A DNA stretch of 37,546 nucleotides from NCBI GenBank assembly GCA_039961895.1, contig JABRVU010000355.1:1-37546 (forward strand), given 5' to 3'. Below, in pieces: positions 9,187 to 16,643 of the stretch. The position numbers were made by a program, and so were the translations under genes. The notes below the pieces were generated by a model, which made no database searches, was not told the DNA's origin, and was given only the letters and a program-made list of their open reading frames with translations. This DNA is from Phycisphaerae bacterium (GTDB lineage Bacteria > Planctomycetota > Phycisphaerae > UBA1845 > PWPN01). The first letter of the stretch is position 1. Each line of letters opens with the position of its first letter.

Positions 9187-9838
9187 CCCTGTCAGGGTTT
9201 GTGACCTTCACGGCGCGTCCATTCCGTAGCAGCCGGGTTGGAGTATGTGGTCGTAGCCGCTGATCGCTCCCCAGTTTCCGCCGGTGCGGTTGAAGGCGGA
9301 AAACGGTCGATGAGGCGCCGGTCGCTGCACTTGTCCTGCTGTTTCCCGCATCCGGCATCCCTGGACAAGGGTTCGAATGGCCAGCGATGCTTCCCAGAAT
9401 CACGCCGGAGCGCGCGTTCGGGCTATTCACGCGGCATCGAAGGCGGGTTTGCTCAATCCTCGTCCAGCTCTCCGCCGATGTTAGCATGACAATAGCCTAG
9501 GCGGATTGAGGACAGGTCGCCGACTCCGGCACCGCAACCCGGAGGCAGACCCCGCCGATCAGAATCATCCTTGCCATGCGGAGGAGGGCACCTCGCGCCT
9601 CTGGCCCGCGGTCGCCGCCATGACGCGGGCGGCGGCTTGAGCGCCAGACACGGCACGGACGGCGGACCAGGAGCCGATGGGGCCCGCCTCGGCCGCCGCC
9701 CCTTCGGGTCGGCTTGCTTCGGGAGCGCGGGCGCGATCGAGGGTGGTGCTTCGGCCGGGCACGGCCAAGGAACGGGCGACGGCCGATCTCCTCGCCTGCG
9801 CCGCGACGCCGCGTCCGAACAGCAGACGCATTCGCTGA

Positions 9839-9867
9839 TTGACAACCGCAGGGTCACGCGCTATGTT
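9839..9867 (+). promoter_or_regulatory. Putative sigma70 promoter for the GT4 gene
   Basis: TTGACA-N17-TATGTT. Confidence 0.55.
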
Positions 9868-10058
9868 ACCGGCGGATGGTCGGGCCGAGGCGGTAGGATG
9901 AGCCGGCCGACACAACCGGTCCCGATGCAATCAGCGACGAAGCTGGCGCTGATTGACCCGCCGAGTAGTCGGATCGCAAACGGCCGGTGCCGCGACGGGG
10001 GCAGGAGGGTGTGTCATCGGAAGCGGACCTCGCAACAGGGACGAGGAGTGTCGCGACC

Positions 10059-11390
10059 ATGAGAGTGCTGATGCTAGGATGGGAGTTCCCGCCGTTCATC
10101 TCCGGGGGGTTGGGGACCGCGTGCTACGGCCTGACCAAGGCCATGAGCCAGATCGGCACCGAGGTCATTTTCGTCTTGCCCCGTCCGGTGGCCTCGCAAT
10201 ACAGCGGACACGTGCGGCTGGTCTCGCCCTCGACGTTGTCGGCGGCGCTCGGTTCTTATTCCTATGAAATGGATGAGTTCGCCCGGGTGACGTTCCGGGC
10301 GCTGGACGCGGGGGTGGGGTTTTCGCCCTATGACGCGCCGCGGACGCTGTCCCAGGCCATCGAGGACAAGATCCGGGCGGCGCGGGCGGCGGCGCGGGCC
10401 CAGGCCGGTCCGGCGGTCGAGGCGGTGATGCAGCACGCTGCGGCTCCCGCCGCCCATTACGGCTCCGACCTGTTCTCGGAGATCGAGCGCTACGCCCGCA
10501 TGGCCGCCCTCATCGCCACCGAGGAGGACTTCGACGTCGTCCACGCCCACGACTGGATGACCTTCCGGGCCGGGATCGCCATTTCCGCCATGAGCGGCAA
10601 GCCCCTGGTCGTGCAGGTCCACTCCACCGAGTTCGACCGCAGCGGCGAGCACGTCGATCAGCGCATCTACGACATCGAGCGCGAGGGCATGCACTTCGCC
10701 CGGCGGATCATCGCGGTCAGCCACCTGACCAAGAACATCATCACCGCCCGTTACGGCGTGCCACCGGAGAAGGTCGAGGTGGTCTACAACGCCATCGAGT
10801 TCAACGGCAACGACCCCTCCGGGATCCTGCCGCCCATCGGGCGCAACGACAAGATCGTGCTGTTCCTCGGGCGGATCACCATGCAGAAGGGCCCCGAGTA
10901 TTTCCTGGCCGCCGCCAAGAAGGTGCTCGAGGTCATGCACAACGTCCGGTTCATCATGGCCGGCTGGGGCGACATGATCCGGCGGACCATCGAGCTGGCC
11001 AATCACATGGGCATCGGCCACAAGGTGCTCTTCACCGGCTTTCTGCGCGGGCCGGACGTGGACCGCGTCTTCCGCATGGCCGACCTGTACGTCATGCCCA
11101 GCGTTTCCGAGCCCTTCGGCATCGCTCCGCTGGAGGCCATGTCCAACGACGTGCCGGTGCTGATCAGCAAGCAGTCGGGAGTGTCGGAAGTGCTCTCCCA
11201 CGCCCTCAAGGTGGACTTCTGGGACGTGAACGAGATGGCCAACAAGATCATCGCGGTGCTGCGCCATCCCCCGCTCCAGAAGACGCTGCGCGAGCACGGG
11301 CGGATCGAGGTCCGCAAGCTCTCCTGGCAGGACTCCGCCCGGCGCTGCGTGGAGGTCTATCAGCAGGCCGGCGCGGCCAACGGGCAGTGA
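10059..11390 (+). CDS. GT4-family glycosyltransferase (alpha-glucan/glycogen synthase-like)
   Basis: MRVLMLGWEFPPFISGGLG, HAHDW, HSTEFDR, GRITMQKG, PSVSEPFGIAPLEAM; GAGGAG RBS before ATG 10059. Confidence 0.9.
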   Translation: MRVLMLGWEFPPFISGGLGTACYGLTKAMSQIGTEVIFVLPRPVASQYSGHVRLVSPSTLSAALGSYSYEMDEFARVTFRALDAGVGFSPYDAPRTLSQAIEDKIRAARAAARAQAGPAVEAVMQHAAAPAAHYGSDLFSEIERYARMAALIATEEDFDVVHAHDWMTFRAGIAISAMSGKPLVVQVHSTEFDRSGEHVDQRIYDIEREGMHFARRIIAVSHLTKNIITARYGVPPEKVEVVYNAIEFNGNDPSGILPPIGRNDKIVLFLGRITMQKGPEYFLAAAKKVLEVMHNVRFIMAGWGDMIRRTIELANHMGIGHKVLFTGFLRGPDVDRVFRMADLYVMPSVSEPFGIAPLEAMSNDVPVLISKQSGVSEVLSHALKVDFWDVNEMANKIIAVLRHPPLQKTLREHGRIEVRKLSWQDSARRCVEVYQQAGAANGQ

Positions 11391-11447
11391 CGGGGTCGTC
11401 GAATCAGCGCGTTCTTCGCGCCGGGTGAATAATCCGGTTCTTCATCG

Positions 11448-11514
11448 GAACGCATCCGAAAACCCTGAATGCCGAACGGCTGGAAGCCGGCCCCCCGCAG
11501 TTTACGATGCGCTC
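11448..11514 (+). repeat. ~67-bp REP-containing dispersed repeat, copy 1
   Basis: GAACGCATCCGAAAACCCTGAATGCCGAACGGCTGGAAGCCGGCCCCCCGCAGTTTACGATGCGCTC; aligns with 14756-14824 (reverse complement) and 31586-31652; imperfect terminal inverted repeats. Confidence 0.75.
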
Positions 11515-11559
11515 TGAAGCCCGCGGCTCCTTGGGGCCGGATCGGTCGGTTCGAGGGGT

Positions 11560-12363
11560 TTAGAACGCGCTCTCATCGCACCACTTCAGGGGACTGATGG
11601 ATATCCATCCTTCAAAGACGGCGGCGACGTCGGTGCCGGGCGCGGCCGGCCGGTCGTGATAGCTGGCCACGTTCTCGCAGCTCTCGGAGCCGTCGGCCTC
11701 TCGGAGGACGCGGTAGTCAAGGTGGTAGGGGTCCCGGCTGATCCGGGTCAGCATCGCTCCGCGCGTGGGTTGGTCGCCGTCGGGGATCGGCAGATTGACG
11801 TTCCACCAGCCGCGGCTCATGGCCGGCGGGCTTCGCCGCAGGGCTTCCGCAATCAGGGCATGATCCCGCGGCGGGGCATGGGGCGGGCAGGGTGCGTCCG
11901 GCATGATGATCGCCGCGATGACCGCGGCCGCCGTGCGCGTCGAGCGGAGCCACTCCACCGGGGCCCCGCCGCGCGTATATTGCGAAAGGGCGATCGCCGG
12001 GATGCCGTAAAACCCGGCCTCGCGCGCCGCCGCCACGGTACCAGAGTTGTAGATGTCGATGCCCAGGTTGCTGCCGCGGTTGATGCCGCTGAGGACCCAG
12101 TCCGGCCGGCGCCGCCCGGGCAGGCCCACCGCCGCCCGCACGCAGTCGGCCGGCGAACCCTCGACCACCGTCAGCGGCCCGATGCCTTCGGCCTCCGCGG
12201 CCCGTAGCCGGAACCGGTCCGACACCACGTGCCCCTTGCCGCTCTGGGCCTCGGAGGGCGCGATGACTTCAATGCTCGCGCCGGCCAGGCCGCTGACCGC
12301 CTCATACAGGGCCCGCAGGCCGGGGGCGTCGTAGCCGTCGTCATTGGTGAGCAGGACGTGCAT
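11560..12363 (-). CDS. surE: 5'/3'-nucleotidase SurE
   Basis: LLTNDDG, QSGKGH, GSPADCV, SGINRGSNLG..YNSGTVAAARE, NVNLP, ISISPL. Confidence 0.92.
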   Translation of the reverse strand: MHVLLTNDDGYDAPGLRALYEAVSGLAGASIEVIAPSEAQSGKGHVVSDRFRLRAAEAEGIGPLTVVEGSPADCVRAAVGLPGRRRPDWVLSGINRGSNLGIDIYNSGTVAAAREAGFYGIPAIALSQYTRGGAPVEWLRSTRTAAAVIAAIIMPDAPCPPHAPPRDHALIAEALRRSPPAMSRGWWNVNLPIPDGDQPTRGAMLTRISRDPYHLDYRVLREADGSESCENVASYHDRPAAPGTDVAAVFEGWISISPLKWCDESAF

Positions 12364-13382
12364 CAGGTCGTCTTCGCCCGTTCGCGTTCGATGAACCGCG
12401 CTGCCAGAAGCCCCACCTCGAACAGGGCCACCATCGGGATCATCAGGGCCATCATGCTGAACACGTCCGGCGACGGCGTGATCACCGCCGAGGCGATGGC
12501 GATCACGAAATACACGTGCCGCCGCAAGCGGGCCATGTCCCTGGCCTCCGCGATCCCGATGATGGTCAGCAGCGAGACCACCACCGGCATCTGGAAGCCG
12601 ATGCCGAAAGCGGCCATCATCTGCAGGATCAGGATCACCGATTCGGGCAGGCTCAGCAGGGGGATGACGCGGTTGCCCTTGCTGGCCGGCGTCAACGGCC
12701 CCAGCGAATAGACCTTCTCGCCGAAGCGCACGCGGATTTCATGGGCCGCCTGGTTGAGCCACAGCGTGCCTTCCGGCGGGTGGGGGGGGTCCTTCGTGAA
12801 CGCCGGCATCGAGGTCGGCCAGGCCGGCTGCGTGGCCGGCGGAAGCGTGGTCTGGATCAGCGTCGGGGCCGGCTTGAGCGCGTCCGGCAGCCACTCCGTC
12901 GGATCGGGATACTCCTTGCGATACCCGATGAAGAAGTCCATCATCACCGGGGCCACGACGAAAAGCATGAAGAACGCCCCGATGAAAAACAAAGCGATCG
13001 ACACGGGCACGAACCGCCGGACCCACCGCCGTTCGGTGGGGTACAGCCCTGCGGCCACGAAACCCCAGAGCTGGGCCAGCCCGTAAGGCGCGGTGATGAC
13101 GAAGCCCACCAGGAACATGATCTTGAACTCGAGCACGAACGGCCCCTCGGCCGTCAACTGGTACAGGTCGCGGGGCATCTCGTGCTTGTCCAGCGCCGCA
13201 TACACCGGGCGGGTCAGCAGCCACATCGCGTAGCCCCTGAACACCCAGCAGGCGATCGCACCGACGGCCATGGCCACCAATGCCCGTACCAGGCGCGTGC
13301 GCAGCTCCTCGAGATGTTCGCCCAAGGTCATGCGGACTTCGTCGGGGTGGGGATGGCGGTCGGGACGGTTCCAGAAGGGCAT
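12363..13382 (-). CDS. tatC: Twin-arginine translocase subunit TatC with a large Pro-rich loop insertion
   Basis: MTLGEHLEELRTRL, QLWGFVAAGLYPTERR, FGIGFQMP, ITPSPD, ALFE. Start uncertain (13382 or 13331). Stop overlaps the surE ATG. Confidence 0.93.
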   Translation of the reverse strand: MPFWNRPDRHPHPDEVRMTLGEHLEELRTRLVRALVAMAVGAIACWVFRGYAMWLLTRPVYAALDKHEMPRDLYQLTAEGPFVLEFKIMFLVGFVITAPYGLAQLWGFVAAGLYPTERRWVRRFVPVSIALFFIGAFFMLFVVAPVMMDFFIGYRKEYPDPTEWLPDALKPAPTLIQTTLPPATQPAWPTSMPAFTKDPPHPPEGTLWLNQAAHEIRVRFGEKVYSLGPLTPASKGNRVIPLLSLPESVILILQMMAAFGIGFQMPVVVSLLTIIGIAEARDMARLRRHVYFVIAIASAVITPSPDVFSMMALMIPMVALFEVGLLAARFIERERAKTT

Positions 13383-13553
13383 GTGCGGTGGTACTCGTTC
13401 GAGAAAGCGGCCGGCGGCCGGCCGGTCGCATACGGCCATCAGCCCGCCGGGCCGCCCTTCAAGGACCGATTCGCCTCTCCTCCGAGCCGCGACCGTGAGG
13501 CAGCGATTGGAGGCATCCACGGCCCCTGACGGGCTCGGACCTGAAGGCCGACG

Positions 13554-13582
13554 ATTGTATGGCTCCCACGATAAGGAGGGAA
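13554..13582 (-). promoter_or_regulatory. Putative sigma70 promoter for tatC-surE
   Basis: Minus strand TTCCCT-N17-TACAAT. Confidence 0.4.
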
Positions 13583-13654
13583 GCCCGCGCGCGATTCGCC
13601 CTCGCTCGCGTTCGCGGACTCGTGCTCTCCCGGCGTCGTTGGGGGCGGCGGGCG

Positions 13655-14689
13655 CTATTCCCGCCCGGTCGCCTTGGGTTCCAGCGTGAGATCATCCGTC
13701 CGTCCGGCCTGGAGCAGGTAATAACCCTGGGCGGCGATCATGGCCCCGTTGTCGGTGCAGTATTTCATCGGGGTCAGGTGCAGGGTGACGCCGTCTTGCG
13801 CGCAGGCGGCGATGAGCTGCTCGCGGAGCCGCTTGTTGGCCGCCACGCCGCCGCCGACCACGACGGTTTGGACGCCGGTCCGCCGCACGGCCTGCATGGT
13901 CTTGCCGACCAGGACGTCGACGACCGCGGCCTGGAAGCCTGCCGCCACGTCGGAAACGTCCTGCTCGGTGAGATGGTCCAGCGGACCGGCCTTACGGCCC
14001 GGTCCGTGCACGTCGTACAACACCGCCGTCTTCAACCCGCTGAACGAGAAATCGAGGGTGTCGCGGTCCAGCAGCGAGCGCGGATAGTCGCGCGCTTTCG
14101 GGTCGCCCGTCCGGGCCACCCGGTCGATCACGGGTCCGCCGGGAAAGCCCAGATTGAGGATGCTGGCCACTTTATCGAAGGCCTCGCCGGCGGCGTCGTC
14201 GATGGTCCGTCCGAGCAGCTCGACGTGCAGCGGATCGCGCACCAGAAACAGCGAGGTGTGTCCGCCGCTGACCACCAGGGCCACCGCCGGCCAGGGCGAC
14301 GGTTCGACCGGCGCATCGATGGCCGCGCTGGTCGCGTGGGCGAAGATGTGATTCACGCCGATCAGCGGCTTGCGCCAGGTCAGAGCCAGCGTCTTGGCCG
14401 CCATCACGCCGATCAGCAGACAGCCCATCAGCCCTGGCCGGTTGGTGACCGCGATGGCGTCGACGTCGCGGCGCCCGGCGCCGGCGGCGGCCAGGGCCTC
14501 CTGGATGACCCCGTCGAGGTTCTCGATGTGCGCCCGCGAGGCCAGCTCGGGCACGATCCCCCCGTACTTGGCGTGCACGTCGAATTGCGTGGCCACCACG
14601 TTCGAGCGCACCACGCGCCCGCCGGTCACGACGGCCGCCGACGTCTCGTCGCAGGAGGTCTCGATGCCCAGGAGCGTGGGTTGGGACAT
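13655..14689 (-). CDS. tsaD: tRNA N6-threonylcarbamoyltransferase TsaD
   Basis: LGIETSCDETS, GGIVPELASRAH, NHIFAH, VSGGHT, DDAAGEAFDK, FSFSGLKT, GGVAAN, CTDNGAMI. Confidence 0.97.
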   Translation of the reverse strand: MSQPTLLGIETSCDETSAAVVTGGRVVRSNVVATQFDVHAKYGGIVPELASRAHIENLDGVIQEALAAAGAGRRDVDAIAVTNRPGLMGCLLIGVMAAKTLALTWRKPLIGVNHIFAHATSAAIDAPVEPSPWPAVALVVSGGHTSLFLVRDPLHVELLGRTIDDAAGEAFDKVASILNLGFPGGPVIDRVARTGDPKARDYPRSLLDRDTLDFSFSGLKTAVLYDVHGPGRKAGPLDHLTEQDVSDVAAGFQAAVVDVLVGKTMQAVRRTGVQTVVVGGGVAANKRLREQLIAACAQDGVTLHLTPMKYCTDNGAMIAAQGYYLLQAGRTDDLTLEPKATGRE

Positions 14690-14755
14690 GGCTACGAGGT
14701 CCGCGATACCTGATTCCCGTCATTCATAGCCGGTCTGCAAACGGCTCGTTGTCTG

Positions 14756-14824
14756 GAGCCCATTCCCAAACCCATGTGGAACCGGCTTCCAGCCGGTCGA
14801 GGGCCAGGGTCATGGGTTGGCTTC
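14756..14824 (-). repeat. ~69-bp REP-containing dispersed repeat, copy 2 (overlaps the rsmE stop)
   Basis: Reverse complement reads GAAGCCAACCCATGACCCTGGCCCTCGACCGGCTGGAAGCCGGTTCCACATGGGTTTGGGAATGGGCTC. Confidence 0.75.
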
Positions 14825-15532
14825 TTCCCACCGCGCGGGCTTCCGGGCGGCGTGGACCAGGGCCGCCAAGGCGATGGCCGCCGTCTCGATACGAAGCACG
14901 TTGGGCCCCAGCGACACTCCCGCGCAGCCATGCTCCAGCAGCAGGGCGATTTCGTCGTCGGCCCAGCCGCCTTCCGGCCCGACAAACGCCAGGAGCGTTC
15001 CACAATCCGGCACCTCCGGCCAGGATCCGCCGGGCATCGCCACCCAGGCCCGATCGTGACCGCGGATGCGCCGCACGGCCTCGTCAAGAAGCTCAGGTGT
15101 CGCCAGGTCGGGGATCCAGGCCTGCCCGGACTGCTTGGCGGCCTCGATCGCCGTTCGGCGCCAGCGGTCCAGCCGGTGCCCGGAGGCGTTGCTGACCGAC
15201 CGCCGCGTCACCAGCGGCACGATGCCCGCCACGCCCAGTTCCGCGCATTTCTCGACCAGGAAATCCTGTCGAGGCCCCTTGGGCAAGGCCGCGGCCAGGG
15301 TCAGCGCCGGCTCAGCGCGGGGACACAGTCGGAGGCTCTCGACGGCGACGTCGACAGCGCCACGGCCGGCGGATGCGATCCGCCCCCGCGCCTCCCGTCC
15401 GAGCCCGTCGAACAGGGCCACCTCGTCGCCGGCCGACAGCCGCCGGGATCGGCGGGCGTGATCGGCCTCCCGCTCATCCAGCCGTACGACGCCCGCCTGC
15501 AAGCCTTTGACGTAAAACCGCGGCGCGCCCAT
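14810..15532 (-). CDS. rsmE: 16S rRNA m3U1498 methyltransferase RsmE
   Basis: PRFY, H..RSRRL..GD...LFDG.G, EKCAELGV, EAAKQSG, VGPEGGW, LGPNVLRIETA. The true start MGAPRFY lies inside the longer ORF-track call. Confidence 0.93.
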   Translation of the reverse strand: MGAPRFYVKGLQAGVVRLDEREADHARRSRRLSAGDEVALFDGLGREARGRIASAGRGAVDVAVESLRLCPRAEPALTLAAALPKGPRQDFLVEKCAELGVAGIVPLVTRRSVSNASGHRLDRWRRTAIEAAKQSGQAWIPDLATPELLDEAVRRIRGHDRAWVAMPGGSWPEVPDCGTLLAFVGPEGGWADDEIALLLEHGCAGVSLGPNVLRIETAAIALAALVHAARKPARWEEANP

Positions 15533-15541
15533 GGGCGCGGC

Positions 15542-15570
15542 ATTATCGGCTGTTGCCGGCAGCCCCGCAA
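15542..15570 (-). promoter_or_regulatory. Putative near-leaderless promoter for rsmE-tsaD
   Basis: Minus strand TTGCGG-N17-GATAAT, 9 nt before the rsmE ATG. Confidence 0.45.
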
Positions 15571-15605
15571 TGAAGTCATCGCCCGGTTCGGTCGATGCAG
15601 CCGTT

Positions 15606-16145
15606 ATGCGTACTGATACCCTGACCGCTCCGCCACCCGAGGTCTCCGAACCCGCCGATGCTTTCGATCCGGCAGATTCCGTCGAAAGCGCCCATCCGGC
15701 GGCGACCCCATCTCCAGCGTCTCCGGCCGCCGACCCGGACGCCAGCGCCGTCAACCGGGCGGCCATCGAGGAAGAAGTCAAAGAGTTCGTCAAGATTTCA
15801 TCGGTTCCCGCCCCGGACCAAGACGCCGTTGCCGAACACGAGGCCGCAAAGTCGGCCGAGCCCGGCCCGGTCCCGTCTCCGGGTCTCGTGAAGCGCGTGC
15901 TCATGTGGCCGGTTCAGTGCCTGATCGGCCTGTTGATCCTTCTGGACCTGCCCTTCTGTTTTCTGGGCAAGAGGATCAAGTCGTTTGTCGGCTGGCTGGC
16001 CATCGGCACGGCGGTCATGGCAGCCGGCGTCTGGCTTTACGGCCCGAAACTGGCCGGTCGACCGACCCCCCGTGAAGACCAACCATCCAGCACGCTGACC
16101 CGTGCCGAACACGAATCCGCGCCCACCAGGAGCAAGGATCACTGA
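15606..16145 (+). CDS. Hypothetical membrane protein (acidic Pro/Ala-rich N-terminus, one or two C-terminal hydrophobic helices)
   Basis: Open frame filling the rsmE-riboswitch gap; LILLDLPF..LG...K..VGWLAIGTAVMA. Start uncertain (15531, 15570 or 15606). Confidence 0.6.
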   Translation: MRTDTLTAPPPEVSEPADAFDPADSVESAHPAATPSPASPAADPDASAVNRAAIEEEVKEFVKISSVPAPDQDAVAEHEAAKSAEPGPVPSPGLVKRVLMWPVQCLIGLLILLDLPFCFLGKRIKSFVGWLAIGTAVMAAGVWLYGPKLAGRPTPREDQPSSTLTRAEHESAPTRSKDH

Positions 16146-16261
16146 GTATGACAGCGCTGGACCGCATCGGTAGAGACCGGACGTGAGTGCCGGTCGCAAC
16201 GGAATAGACGGCCCGCGGAATCTGTCATGCACCCCAACTCCGGGCCGCCCGGCTTGCGTCG

Positions 16262-16289
16262 TTGACACACGTGAACCGTCGGCTATACT
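16262..16289 (+). promoter_or_regulatory. Sigma70 promoter upstream of SAM-I riboswitch 1
   Basis: TTGACA-N16-TATACT. Confidence 0.7.
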
Positions 16290-16315
16290 GATGGGACTTG
16301 ACAATCAGGTGCAGG

Positions 16316-16446
16316 CTCTTATCCAGAGTGGCAGAGGGAACGGCCCTTTGACGCCACAGCAACCCGCTTTGGCCCCGCCGCCGGCGGCGCCAGTAGGGTG
16401 CTAACTCCTGCCCATGGCCGGCTTTGGCTAATGGGGAAGATAAGAG
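16316..16446 (+). ncRNA. SAM-I (S-box) riboswitch aptamer
   Basis: P1 CTCTTATC/GATAAGAG; ATCCAGAG; TGGCAGAGGG-AACGG-CCCTTTGACGCCA (P2 with kink-turn); GCAACC...GGTGCTAACTCC; P4 hairpin. Confidence 0.95.
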
Positions 16447-16469
16447 GACAATGGCGCCGGTGCCACTTG

Positions 16470-16508
16470 ACCTCTCTCCCTGCCCAACGGCCGGGAGAGA
16501 GGTTTTTT
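16470..16508 (+). terminator. Intrinsic terminator (expression platform of riboswitch 1)
   Basis: ACCTCTCTCCC...GGGAGAGAGGT followed by a T-run; the 5' arm CCTCT can alternatively pair with AGAGG at the P1 3' strand. Confidence 0.9.
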
Positions 16509-16523
16509 GTTGCACGTCATGTT

Positions 16524-16615
16524 CACAACGGAGGCACGGAGAACCTGGAGAAGCCATGTCCTCGGAGTAGAGAACCAAGGGAACCGGCTCCAGAGTTCTC
16601 TTTGTTTCCGCGGTG
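16524..16615. repeat. Long imperfect inverted repeat in the leader of the ThrC-like gene
   Basis: CACAACGGAGGCACGGAGAACCTGGAG (16524-16550) pairs, with G-U pairs, to CTCCAGAGTTCTCTTTGTTTCCGCGGTG (16588-16615). Confidence 0.65.
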
Positions 16616-16643
16616 CAAGCAGACGGGTTCGAGGAAACAGGTC

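Noticed and set aside
7343-9194. 10-bp inverted repeat (TGACAGGGCT / AGCCCTGTCA) flanking the kinase, suggesting a transposon
   Set aside because: Short enough to arise by chance; no transposase and no target-site duplication.
14724-14813. Small ORF MTLALDRLEAGSTWVWEW coupled to the rsmE stop
   Set aside because: Mostly a translation of repeat copy 2.
15533-15904. Long N-terminal extension of RsmE in the ORF track
   Set aside because: It is antisense to the divergent membrane-protein gene, and homology begins at MGAPRFY.
16398-16643. 82-aa N-terminal extension of the ThrC-like ORF from GTG 16398
   Set aside because: It runs through the riboswitch and terminator; the RBS and family N-terminus support ATG 16644.
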